A stretch of DNA of 63,129 bases, filler included, from Bigelowiella natans CCMP2755 (GCA_000320545.1; 5 parts of 5 records of this genome joined end to end with filler, not necessarily neighbours in it), one strand, 5' to 3'; counted from the first letter of the whole stretch, positions 43,096 through 53,775 are shown. Program-made: numbers and translations. Notes: generated from the letters alone by a model not told the origin.

Positions 43096-43506
43096 AGAGC
43101 AAGGAAAGTGTATTCCAGAGAGCCAGCCAGCCCCACCCCGTGTGCTCCTCTGGGCAAGCCCTGGCGAATTTTTGTTGGGAGATTAACCAACGATCAATTT
43201 CCACATTACGACATTCTTTTCGGGGTTGTCGCAGCATCACAAAGGACTGATTTACAATGATTTCTTTGAGAATGAAGTTTCTTCCAAAGAACGAGCGGCA
43301 TTTTCAAGATGTTTCGCGGATAAAACGTTGTCGCAGGAATTGTTGAACAGGAAAGATCCAGCAACATTCCAGGAAGAGCCAGGAATTGTGAGTTTTGAGT
43401 TCACTGATCACGTTGTTGTGTGCACACAATGGCTTTGTGGTCATGGTGCCTGCTAGCCTGCGAGTCGCGGTTGCAGTCAGATCCATTCAAATGGCATGAG
43501 CGCTCT

Positions 43507-43552
<46 letters not shown>

Positions 43553-43562
43553 ACGCACGTGC

Positions 43563-43887
43563 TGTAGTGCGTACTACTACGCGAGCACAAGTCACGTGCG
43601 ACAACAAAGGGGTTGTCGCGGATATAGAATATAGATAACGTAGATATTAATACAGTATAGGCACGTGGGTTCCGGCGGGACTCATGGCAGCACACCGGAA
43701 GTGTGCTGCCCCACGTGCGGCGGCATTCGCGAAAGCTTCGCGAATGATTACGCAGTGCACGATTTAACAAAAATATAATCTTTAATAAAAATAAACAAAA
43801 CTCTTCAAAAGGAAGCAAACGTGCCTTCCCCCCCCCTGCCTACTTGTGCACGTAGCGCCTCGGCCTGTGAACACCTTACGCGCAACA
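43563..43887 (+). repeat. 5' LTR (325 bp)
   Basis: TGTAGTGCG...CGCAACA; direct repeat of 48952-49276 with no mismatch found by eye. Confidence 0.97.
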
Positions 43888-43892
43888 ACCTT

Positions 43893-43910
43893 TGGCTTCC
43901 ACACACGGGA
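43893..43910 (+). promoter_or_regulatory. Putative primer-binding site (tRNA identity not determined)
   Basis: TGGCTTCCACACACGGGA starts 5 nt after the 5' LTR. It begins with TGG (complement of tRNA CCA) and fits an acceptor-stem/T-stem layout. Confidence 0.75.
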
Positions 43911-43926
43911 AACGATTTGACTAACA

Positions 43927-46900
43927 ATGTCACAGCAGCTAGAAGAACAGCAGGACTTTGGCTCGCAGGCCGTGCAAGGGCACGAGCAGAAACAGGAAAG
44001 GAAGGGCGATACGGACGCTAAGGAAGGAGGAGGAACACCTCCACAGGCACCGCCGGGACCAGCACCCGGGATTAAGAAAGCAGATGCAGCAGCAGAGGCA
44101 CTGGAGAACTTCTACGAGGCGGACGACGAGGACGTGGCCGCCGAAAGCAAGAAGGTCGTAATGGCATTACGAGCCTTGCGACCCAGGGCGAGCAACTACG
44201 CCAAACTGAAAGTATCGATAGAATACAAGTATCAGACACATGATGTTTGGGCAGCTATCATGCAGGACATCATGGATTACGAAGCAGACTTACCTCCAGA
44301 GTGGGCAGCTTTGTTTAGGAACGACGGGGGTCTGGGCGCCTCGCGGGGGACGACCCAGAGCACCGTCAAGCAGCAGCAGCCGGTACAGCGGAACACCCAG
44401 TTCATGTCTGTTAAAACAGCACCGGTTATGATAACGAAATACAACGGGAAAAGAGGTGAGGCAAGGAGGTGGTGGAAGAACGCTAGGAGTATACTCTGCG
44501 ACTTTACCCCTAACCCCACCGAAAACGACAAGCTCAAATGGCTAGCTATAATAAAGCAAGCCATGGACCTTTACGAGACAGGCAGGACCCGGATCAGGCA
44601 GCTGGAGAAAATACACACTACAGTTAGTGGGCTACGAGACGTTGAGGCGATAATGAAGGCTTTTGTAAATGAACAGGATGCTAACTCCCTACCCCAGGCT
44701 ATTAGAAAATACAGAGCAATGATGCAGCATGAGAGAGAACCTGTTAGAGACTTTGCCACGCGCTTCCAGGATATGATCGACGAACTACATGATTTTAATT
44801 ACAACACAGGTGATGATCAGGCAAGGTTTGAAGAGTTCAAGTTAAAGATAAAGGAATCCACTTACGTTACGGAGAAAGGCTACACCACGATGGAGGCAGC
44901 AGTGCAGGCTATATCCCTACGCGAGCAGGAGCAGGACCGCAAGTTTACCAGCCCTAAGGTACCTGGCATAGGAAACATTAACGCTATTAAGCCGCAGCGA
45001 GACTGGTACAAGGACAGGGAAGGTAACCGACGTTGCGGATACTGCTCACGTAAAGGGAAACACACCGCTAAAGACTGCAGAGACAGGAAAGAAGGACGAC
45101 CCAGGATGACGATCAGGCAGCTCAACGAACACTACGAGAAGTTAAAGAGAAAGAAAGGCAGAGGACAAGGATATAACAACAGCAAATGGCTAGGCAGCAA
45201 CAACGGGAAGAACAATAAATATAAGAACAAGAAGCAGAACAGTATCAATGCTATACAGCAGCAGATAAACGGAATATTAGATCACCTTAAGCAGGCGCCG
45301 ACGAAGACAGCAGTACCAGCAACGCAGGACCAAGACAAGCCCATGACCCTAGACGACATAAAGAACTTAGGAGTATGCAACATTAATGACGAAGACGCTA
45401 ACAGGACTATCAAAGTTGCTATGACCAAGGTTAAAGTTAAAGACAGCTACGGAGACTACAAGAAACTACCTGCCCTTTGGGATAGTGGCAGCATGCCGAA
45501 GTCCTTCATAAGCCTAAGCACAGTAAGAAGGTTAGGACTATTGGATCAAGTGACTAAGAAAGAACGTAAATATGCTCAAGCAGACGGAAGCTCTTCTATG
45601 AAGACCGTCGGTGAGCTAATGCTAAAGCTACAGATACCTGGCAGCGACGCGGAGACCCAAATCAAGACCCGAGTAGCCATGACTTTATCCATGGAACTAC
45701 TCCTCGGACAGGATGCCCTAGAAAAATTAGGGGGGATCATATCATTCTACAATCACAAGATATACTATGCTAAGTTACCAAAGAAGTCAGGCAGGACCAT
45801 CAGCCAGAACATGATACGGCTTGACGAGTGGACCTCTGAGTCAAGCGTTAATGCGTTAGAGTTTATGGACCTAGCGGACAACAAGCTACCTACACCTTCC
45901 GAGATACGGAAGAAGAACCCCGGCAAGACCATCCGACAGATAACGGAGCTACTGGACAAGACCCCCCCAGCTGATGATTGGGATATCGACAAAGGCAAAA
46001 AGTACATTAATAAAATATTAAACGAGAAGTACTCTGACATTACCAAGCCGACGACGAAGCCCTCCAGCAAACTTACCCCAGTAAAGATCGAGCTAAAGGA
46101 GGGATACGAAGAGTGCATCATCAATGACCCAGAACATAGGCGACCGGAAGCGGACTGGGAAAAGATAGAGTGGCAGATCAATGAATGGGCAAAGGAAGGG
46201 AAGATAGAGCCAAGCAACTCACCATGGAACGTGAGACATGTGCTAGCTAAGAAACCTACTTACCCTTTCTTCCGCCTGGCGCACAACTTCATCCGCCACA
46301 ACCGAGTAATAAAGAGGATCCAGACACCTACACCAAGGATAGATGACGTTATTGAACACGTCATAGGATACAAATACTACTCTTCCCTAGATAAAAATGA
46401 ATCATACATGCAGACACCCATCCACAAAACCTCCCGCCCCATTACCGCGTTCTCCAGCAGGCACAGGAAGTGGCACTTCGTCGTATTCCCTTACGGCCTA
46501 AGCATATCAGGGGATGCGTTCAGTAGTCAGAACTACAGGGCATACACACATGATGGGATGGCGTCTGTGTTGTGGGTGTTTGTGTTTGTGTATGTGGATG
46601 ATGACATAATATGTACCAACACAGTCGTCGCTCAGATCTTCCTCCTGGAAAATATATTTATTAGGTTTGCACACTTCGGTTTTACTATTAGACTGCAGAA
46701 GTGTACATTCCTAGCTACAAGAATCAAGTGGTGTGGATATTACCTGGAGCAAGGCCGCATCACCCCAAACCCCGAGAAAGTAGCAGCACTACAGCAAGCC
46801 CCTAAACCTAAGAATGCAAAGGAGTTAAAGTCATTCTTGCAGACTGCAGCTTGGATACTACGTAGGTTCTCCCCTACCTACGCTAGGACTGCAGCTGCTT

Positions 46901-48900
46901 TTACTACTGCTTACCGGAAGGAGAACTCTGTAGGCCTCAGCTTCGCTAAGGTGTGGGCCAAGGCTGGCCTTGATGCCCACTTCGATAACCTAATAAAGTT
47001 ATGCAGCAACACCCTATTGAATGCTAAGCTAGACACTACTAGACCAGCTACCCTATGGACAGACTGGTCTAAGCTAGGTATGGCTGCTGTACTTACCCAA
47101 GACCAGCAGATCATACGGGTGTGGGGCAGGGCCTGCACAGCAGCTGAGGCCAAGTACAGCCCTACAAAAGGAGAGTATAAAGCCATGACTGAGGCGCAGA
47201 GGAAACTAAGATACTACCTGCTGTCGGTGCCCAGCTTCACCTTAATGACTGACCACAAGCCCCTCCTAGGCATCAACCGCAAGCTCGAAGCGCCTAACGA
47301 TGAGTATGCAGCTATGAGGGCGGACACGGAAGAGTTTAGGAACAAGAGGACAGTGGTCTACGCACCAGGAGACAAGCAGCTTGCTGACTATTTCAGCAGG
47401 CTGTTCGAAAAGAAAGTCCCTACCCAGGTCACCCCTATGGTTAACGCGATTACCTTCGAGGACGGCGACTTCCTGCCTGAGCCAGAGGAGCTCCAGCACC
47501 TTCAAGAACACCTGGATAAATACAAACACAAGCATGAGGTACTTAGTGATAGGATATATGTATACACTAATAATGTTAGGCGTACCTACGTGCCACGGCG
47601 GACCAGGGGAGCCCTTCTCTTTACCGCCCATGGACCTGCACACGTAGGAGAAAACCATATCACTGCTCTACTCTACCATTACTACTGGCCCTACAAGCTA
47701 AAAGAGATAAGGACATACCTGCGTGGCTGCAGGTGCTCCAGCTTGAAGGCGGCAGGTGTCGCCACCAAGGAGTCCAGCAAGAGCCGTGCATCTAAGAAAA
47801 TCAAAGCAAGGAACTTCTTAGATATCGTGCAAATTGATGTTTATAAGTACGATGGCTATCACTACCTTACCTTCGTTGATGTGGCCACTGGAAAGTGCTG
47901 GGTTAAAAAGATTATCAAGGTCAACGTTGCTAAGAAGAACAAAGGCTTATATAAGCAGAGGCTTACTAACTGCTACCGTACCTGGGAGTCTGAGCTCCAG
48001 GCTATCCCTGATGAAGTTAGCATAAACAAGATACCAAAGAAATTACATGTGGATAATGAGACCTCTCTTCTACAGCTACCACACCCTAATATTGATGCCT
48101 CACCTGTATACTATGCCCAGTCCAACTCCAAGGTAGAGCGACTCCACCGCACCTTGGCCAACCTAAGCAGGATAAATAGCACCACACCAGACAAGATACA
48201 AGGGTTAGTAAACGACACCTTCACGTCTGGGGGAGGTATCAAGGATAAGGAGAGGGAAGAAGGCGACGACAACGACGACGATACCGAGAGCGAAGACGAG
48301 AAGGTCCCGTACGATGGCCGAGTTCTAAAGGAAGGACAGTATGTTAGGGCCAAGGTAAATCTGAGATCGAGAAATAAACAAGACCCCTTCTGGGGTGGCG
48401 TTGCAAAGGTTACCGAGAGGAAGGGGAGGAAGCAGTACTACATCTATGATGGGAACAGGGTCACCTTGCGCCACATCAGTCACCTAAAGAATTATGATAT
48501 CGGTGAGAAGCTCCTAGAGGATGTTAAAGTAAACCCTACTGTGTGGGAGCGAGCCATGCCTTGTTTAGGACCCCGACCTAAGTTCGATGTGGAATATGGA
48601 AACAATAAGGTCAGGGTGAACGACGATTGGCGCATGAAGATTGTCTATCTAGGCTACCCTGGATTACGAAATATGGAGAGGGTAGCTATGAAAATAAAGG
48701 ACGGAAAATATCAGCTACTCTACCTAGCTGTTCCCGACTTACCCTTTGAGCACTGGTATAAGGTCCTGGGGGACCTTGATGCAGAGGGCTGGTATGGACA
48801 CGAACCTAAGGACGAAGGTGAGTTCTGGGTAAGCGACAAAGGAGATAAGGTTAGAGAGGAATCTATTACCTGGTGGTTGGTGAAGTTCCGAAAGCGATAA
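43927..48900 (+). CDS. Gag-Pol polyprotein (1657 aa): Gag with zinc knuckle, aspartic protease, RT, RNase H, integrase, SH3-like GPY/F region and C-terminal adenine-methyltransferase-like domain
   Basis: CGYCSRKGKHTAKDC (45034-45078); ALWDSGS (about 45472-45492); YVDD (46591-46602); RNase H WTDWS..YSPTKGE..TDHKPL..ADYFSR; integrase H..H..YWP..CRC, QIDVY, HVDNE, SNSKVERLH; RHISHLK. Confidence 0.97.
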   Translation: MSQQLEEQQDFGSQAVQGHEQKQERKGDTDAKEGGGTPPQAPPGPAPGIKKADAAAEALENFYEADDEDVAAESKKVVMALRALRPRASNYAKLKVSIEYKYQTHDVWAAIMQDIMDYEADLPPEWAALFRNDGGLGASRGTTQSTVKQQQPVQRNTQFMSVKTAPVMITKYNGKRGEARRWWKNARSILCDFTPNPTENDKLKWLAIIKQAMDLYETGRTRIRQLEKIHTTVSGLRDVEAIMKAFVNEQDANSLPQAIRKYRAMMQHEREPVRDFATRFQDMIDELHDFNYNTGDDQARFEEFKLKIKESTYVTEKGYTTMEAAVQAISLREQEQDRKFTSPKVPGIGNINAIKPQRDWYKDREGNRRCGYCSRKGKHTAKDCRDRKEGRPRMTIRQLNEHYEKLKRKKGRGQGYNNSKWLGSNNGKNNKYKNKKQNSINAIQQQINGILDHLKQAPTKTAVPATQDQDKPMTLDDIKNLGVCNINDEDANRTIKVAMTKVKVKDSYGDYKKLPALWDSGSMPKSFISLSTVRRLGLLDQVTKKERKYAQADGSSSMKTVGELMLKLQIPGSDAETQIKTRVAMTLSMELLLGQDALEKLGGIISFYNHKIYYAKLPKKSGRTISQNMIRLDEWTSESSVNALEFMDLADNKLPTPSEIRKKNPGKTIRQITELLDKTPPADDWDIDKGKKYINKILNEKYSDITKPTTKPSSKLTPVKIELKEGYEECIINDPEHRRPEADWEKIEWQINEWAKEGKIEPSNSPWNVRHVLAKKPTYPFFRLAHNFIRHNRVIKRIQTPTPRIDDVIEHVIGYKYYSSLDKNESYMQTPIHKTSRPITAFSSRHRKWHFVVFPYGLSISGDAFSSQNYRAYTHDGMASVLWVFVFVYVDDDIICTNTVVAQIFLLENIFIRFAHFGFTIRLQKCTFLATRIKWCGYYLEQGRITPNPEKVAALQQAPKPKNAKELKSFLQTAAWILRRFSPTYARTAAAFTTAYRKENSVGLSFAKVWAKAGLDAHFDNLIKLCSNTLLNAKLDTTRPATLWTDWSKLGMAAVLTQDQQIIRVWGRACTAAEAKYSPTKGEYKAMTEAQRKLRYYLLSVPSFTLMTDHKPLLGINRKLEAPNDEYAAMRADTEEFRNKRTVVYAPGDKQLADYFSRLFEKKVPTQVTPMVNAITFEDGDFLPEPEELQHLQEHLDKYKHKHEVLSDRIYVYTNNVRRTYVPRRTRGALLFTAHGPAHVGENHITALLYHYYWPYKLKEIRTYLRGCRCSSLKAAGVATKESSKSRASKKIKARNFLDIVQIDVYKYDGYHYLTFVDVATGKCWVKKIIKVNVAKKNKGLYKQRLTNCYRTWESELQAIPDEVSINKIPKKLHVDNETSLLQLPHPNIDASPVYYAQSNSKVERLHRTLANLSRINSTTPDKIQGLVNDTFTSGGGIKDKEREEGDDNDDDTESEDEKVPYDGRVLKEGQYVRAKVNLRSRNKQDPFWGGVAKVTERKGRKQYYIYDGNRVTLRHISHLKNYDIGEKLLEDVKVNPTVWERAMPCLGPRPKFDVEYGNNKVRVNDDWRMKIVYLGYPGLRNMERVAMKIKDGKYQLLYLAVPDLPFEHWYKVLGDLDAEGWYGHEPKDEGEFWVSDKGDKVREESITWWLVKFRKR

Positions 48901-48943
48901 AGGTCTAAGGGAATAAGGAAGGAAGGAAGGAGCAACGTGACTT

Positions 48944-48951
48944 GGGGGAGG
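48944..48951 (+). promoter_or_regulatory. Polypurine tract
   Basis: GGGGGAGG directly abuts the 3' LTR; a further purine-rich run lies at about 48908-48932. Confidence 0.85.
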
Positions 48952-49276
48952 TGTAGTGCGTACTACTACGCGAGCACAAGTCACGTGCGACAACAAAGGG
49001 GTTGTCGCGGATATAGAATATAGATAACGTAGATATTAATACAGTATAGGCACGTGGGTTCCGGCGGGACTCATGGCAGCACACCGGAAGTGTGCTGCCC
49101 CACGTGCGGCGGCATTCGCGAAAGCTTCGCGAATGATTACGCAGTGCACGATTTAACAAAAATATAATCTTTAATAAAAATAAACAAAACTCTTCAAAAG
49201 GAAGCAAACGTGCCTTCCCCCCCCCTGCCTACTTGTGCACGTAGCGCCTCGGCCTGTGAACACCTTACGCGCAACA
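48952..49276 (+). repeat. 3' LTR (325 bp)
   Basis: Direct repeat of 43563-43887, followed by TSD GTGC. Confidence 0.97.
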
Positions 49277-49719
49277 GTGCGTGCATGCATCATCAAATCG
49301 CAAATGTCTGGCTTCATTTTCGTGTCCGCAGTCATGATGCTCATTGCACGATCTCTGGCAAGAATGTTTCCGAGTGCTTGTGGTTCTCCACACAAGCACA
49401 CAACAGCATAAAACAGACAACGCGATGCACAAAAGAGCGGTCAGAATGCTGCACAGCATCGGTCATTAGTTACGTCATGCCCCGCCATGATGCTATTAAC
49501 GCATTCAGATCAGCGTGCGTTTACCAAATCATTAGATGAGAACATTCATCACACAGCACATCGCAAGTGCTTACACAGTATAATATATATGGATAATAAA
49601 AAGGAGTCCAATATAATCTGAAGAAAGCCAACGAATGACCATATTCGCGTTTTTCAGGTCCTTTTTGTCAGAACGCCATCGATAATTTTTCTCTTCCTAC
49701 GTTTCGCCATTGTACTGGA

Positions 49720-50109
49720 GGCTCATTCACGCCAAACAGCTTCAGGTTTCTCATCTGCTCATCCAGCTTCCGGGGAATCGGCACCACGGGCGAACCAAAT
49801 AATGACGTTTTGTTGAATTAATATGAATAAAGAAGCACGTTATGCCTGGCCGCTCCCGTCTTGAATGTTGCTCGGATCGTCGAATTTCCCCTCCCCCTCT
49901 TGCAGTTCCACGTGGGCTTTCGCGGTGCCTCCCTCGGGAGAGTAGAGGCTAATATACGGGGCAGCAGGGCAGATTAGGAAATCGAGTTAGTTCGTGCATC
50001 GCCGCAGCCATTATCACCGATCGTTCGAGCAATGCAAATAGAAAATATTATGTCGGATCAGTGGCCGAGAGCAGGAACCAGAGAACTCATGGGGGGGGGG
50101 GATTCCCCC

Positions 50110-50148
<39 letters not shown>

Positions 50149-50717
50149 AATATCAAGGGTTCTCTGCTTGCATCACTGCGGTGTGAAAATCTTATTTTTT
50201 TGGCTGTACGGTGACGTGATGGTTTCGCTGTTGGGGTGGGGAGAGAGGCAGCAGGCAGGTGATTATTCACGAAGACGTACCCTTTGCGAATGATGCATAG
50301 TCTCCATATGTAAAGCGCACCCGTGATGCTGTTGTAATTAGAGGAGGTGGGGGGAGAGGGCGGGGATGTGATTTGTCTTTTGAACTCACGCATATTCGCA
50401 CGCACACATATGTACTAATATCACATGTATAGAATAACATCGGAGCATGATTGACCCCTCCCCTTGCAGCAAGTACGACACTTGAAGGAGATTCAGCGTC
50501 GTGATAGCACTAGATGACTGAGTTCACGATGTGTAGTTGTGCAGTATGCTTCATGCTTTTTCTTACACGCCAGCAAGGATCAGTCCTCCAAAGGTAATTC
50601 CTGTCGAGGAGAGAAGGCATTTGCATTTGAAATCATGCATAGGGTTGTTGTTGTTGTTGTTGTTGTTGTGTAAATACAAAAACTGCTCAGGCCTTAGTAC
50701 GCGCGCGCACGCACGCA

Positions 50718-50751
<34 letters not shown>

Positions 50752-51184
50752 ACACATACGCAACACACGCAACACACACCGGCGTCTTTGGGGAAAATGA
50801 AGCTAAACTCGTCCGACTTATCCGCGGCCTAAAACGCGAATACAATGGCAAATTATTCGCTTCCATCTTTTTGCATGAATTTGTGGTTTTGTGTCGTTGT
50901 GTGTTCTGCTTTCTCTCTGTGCCTCTCTGAACACGGAGGGTTCGGTGTGGAGGCATCGCATCACAAAGACGCAATATTCATCGAGCATAATCATAATCAT
51001 AATCATGACTCATTATCATCATCATCATCATCATCATCATTATCACTATCACTCTGCTGCCATGTACGCCATCAGCATCGCTATCCCTGCTATATGAGCA
51101 GCGGCAAACTCTGCTAGCTACAAGTGCGCTCTCACCCACCGTTGCTGAGTAGCTCGAGACGCAGAACGGGATGCAGAAGACCTG

Positions 51185-51225
<41 letters not shown>

Positions 51226-51495
51226 TGCTTTTGTGTGTTTGTGTGGTTGAGAGTATATTACATACTATTCCTCTACTCTTAATGATGCCATATGTTAATG
51301 TACGAGATGGGGAGGATATACAGCATACGTGTAGAAACAAATGTGCATAACTACTCGAAAGGTCGGCCATTTGTTCTCCGCCCAGAACTGATTGGTAAGC
51401 AGCAGATGTACTCATTAAGGCCCTTCAAAAGAGGACTGCGGTTCGCCAGAGGGAAAGGAGGAAATCGAGAGCAGAAGATGAGAAACACGAGCGAT

Positions 51496-51547
<52 letters not shown>

Positions 51548-52319
51548 AGGGAGACCTTCGCGAAAGGCCCATGGTACATGTTGCCTGGAGCAGTTAAAAC
51601 AGAGAATACGGATATGAGCGTGTGTTTAGGTGTGACGGCGTTAACACGCTACACCAAGTAATCTCCTCAGACTCTTTCTACCCACATATAAAAATGGAAA
51701 CATTTCATTGCGTGATATATCTTCATTTCTCTCGCAACAGCTGGGCACCTGTCAGCACGCAACCGACGATGATTCCGATCCCGACTGCATTCCCCCACAC
51801 ACTGAAGGAACATTTCCATAAGGAGCGATTTCGATATTCAAAAGGCGCGAGGGGGGGGAAGGTTGATGCTATACTCGAGTGGAAACATGTAGATGTCATC
51901 TTCCTTGGTTGCTAAATACCTCGACTCTCCCGCACCGAACATTGCCACGATGTAGATGTACCTGCGATTATATGGGCGATGGGCGCGCCACCTTTCGCAG
52001 GAGGTGGAGGATGTAGATGATGATAGGCTTGATGTATTCAATGCGCTTTGCATGGAGGGCATGAAGTCTGGAAATTCGGCCTTCTAAGCTTACCATATCA
52101 CTAGGAACCATATGGGTAGTAGAGGGATCCTGCACGAATGCACCCAAAACGCGAGACTCGTCATGCTCTCTTTGTCAGAGCTCTGCGTATGAGAGATCGT
52201 CAGATGGCACTTTGGTGTGGGGATGAACTGATGGACGGATAGATTGATGGCGAATATGCAATTGCTCTGTGTAAACAAACTATCGAGACCGATTTACTGA
52301 CCGTGTCAGCTGGTGCCAT
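49720..52319 (-). CDS. Small multi-pass membrane protein with FCIPFCVSSYS motif, built from many mini-exons; 3' end approximate
   Basis: ATG at 52319. Exons in order, mostly phase-consistent: YIYIVAMFGAGES/VWGNAVGIGIIVGCVLT/GNMYHGPFAK/FWAENKWPTFR/VFCIPFCVSSYSAT..DEFSFIFPKDA/GITFGGLILAGV/ITGALYIWRLCIIRKG. Confidence 0.65.
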
Positions 52320-53159
52320 TGTTTTGATCCGAACACCTAGCAGGGATTAGATATTTGTTGGGGTGATGATTGCGGACAGAATAGCTACGGTAAACAACCA
52401 TATAAATATATGTCAAAATGACGTGCAACGATGAGGCACTGTAACGTGAGCAGTGAGTGCTAGCACTGATCTACTGGCGAATTACGTGTGATGCAGCAGC
52501 AGACGGGGGCGGCAGTTGCTTCCTTCCAGACGCTTTTCGAGCAGTTGATACCCGCAGTCGAATTTCTGCTCCTACGACAAGGAAACATCGTGCAGTTCCC
52601 CAGTAAACGACAAGTATTTGATGAAGGAAAAAATTTAATCCGGAAACCGCTTTCATAGAAACACTGCGACAAACGCTCTATGGGATTTTCACCAAACCAA
52701 GCGATTCGGCTCTGGTGCTTTGCAGCACTCCATTCAGCCCAAAAGTCCTGAGATTACCAAAAAAAAAACCATAGAATTTATGCCCTGCGACAAGGGAGTT
52801 AGAAAAGTTATCGAGATATTGAATGTAAAGTAGTGGATTTTGTAGGTGCGACATAGGTTTTCGATGATGAATTAAATGTGAGAGTACATACGGGTTGTAA
52901 AGCCGTACGCTTTCGAGGCACACGACTCAAACCACCATTGACGAAGATCGAAGCGTTCCCCACCATGCTGCAACCACAGAGGTTGATTGACTTTACGCAC
53001 GCTCACGGACTGTGGCTCATCCTATTCTTTCTTCTCAGTGTGAACAACACGCCACAGTCAGCGGATGCAAAAGGAAACATCCGGGGATCTGTCAAAACGA
53101 AGGTGCGACTCTGATTAGGGCTCGGAGATTCTTCCTTCATTCAGTGCGTTCTTTTGTAG

Positions 53160-53430
53160 GAATGCCCATTCTGCAAAAAGGGCATAAAGAAGGATCTACC
53201 AAGGCACATCAAAACGTGTAGGAAAGAACGTTTCGCTACTGTTCTCGGCATTCTCCCCAAGAACAGGCCATCCCGACCTAACCTCGAGAAGGTATTTGGA
53301 AACAGGAGGGGGCCGGCAGAACTAAAAGGCCTGGCGATGAAGCAAAAAATTGACGTTACACTGATGTGTGAATTTGTGGAGGCAATGTACGAATGCCATT
53401 TGCTGGGACAGCCGCCGAAAACCTCAGTCA
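53160..53430 (+). CDS. Exon(s) with a C2HC zinc-finger-like motif; possibly the 5' part of the LRR gene
   Basis: After a tttgtag acceptor the frame reads CPFCKKGIKKDLPRHIKTC and stays open to about 53460. Confidence 0.45.
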
Positions 53431-53478
53431 GGTTGTTCACAACTTGTTGTAGCTTGCCTTGATTGATGCTGCCTCTGA

Positions 53479-53522
<44 letters not shown>

Positions 53523-53775
53523 TCTCGCTCGCCCGTCCTACGTGTAATCTACTTCACACTCTTTCTTCTGACCTCTACCACGTGTTGAAATTAGGGGTAA
53601 TAAAAAACGCAAGTCGGATCAGGCATTAGAGCCTATCGAGATGCCAACAAAAAAGATACAAACAACTGATGTAAACAGGCTCACATCACAACACACGATA
53701 AACTACATACAGCTGGTGGCATGAATGGACATTCTGTCTTTCCTCAAATCCCATTTCTCACCACAAAGCCCATAG

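Larger units (their letters stand above)
43563..49276 (+). mobile_element. Full-length Ty3/Gypsy LTR retrotransposon, recent insertion
   Basis: Two TG..CA LTRs that look identical, a 4-bp TSD GTGC (43559-43562 and 49277-49280), PBS, PPT and an uninterrupted polyprotein in the order Gag-PR-RT-RH-IN. Confidence 0.98.

Noticed and set aside
43661-43746. Possible hammerhead ribozyme or tRNA-like gene in the LTR
   Set aside because: No CTGANGA/GAAA catalytic core and no cloverleaf with a TTCGA loop.
43477-43818. Duplicated minus-strand ORF (also 48905-49207)
   Set aside because: Chance frame within the identical LTRs, non-ATG start, and it runs out into unrelated flanks.
48496-48900. Chromodomain or env gene at the end of the element
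   Set aside because: No chromodomain pattern (YLVKW..TWEP), no TM segment, and no room for a third ORF before the PPT.
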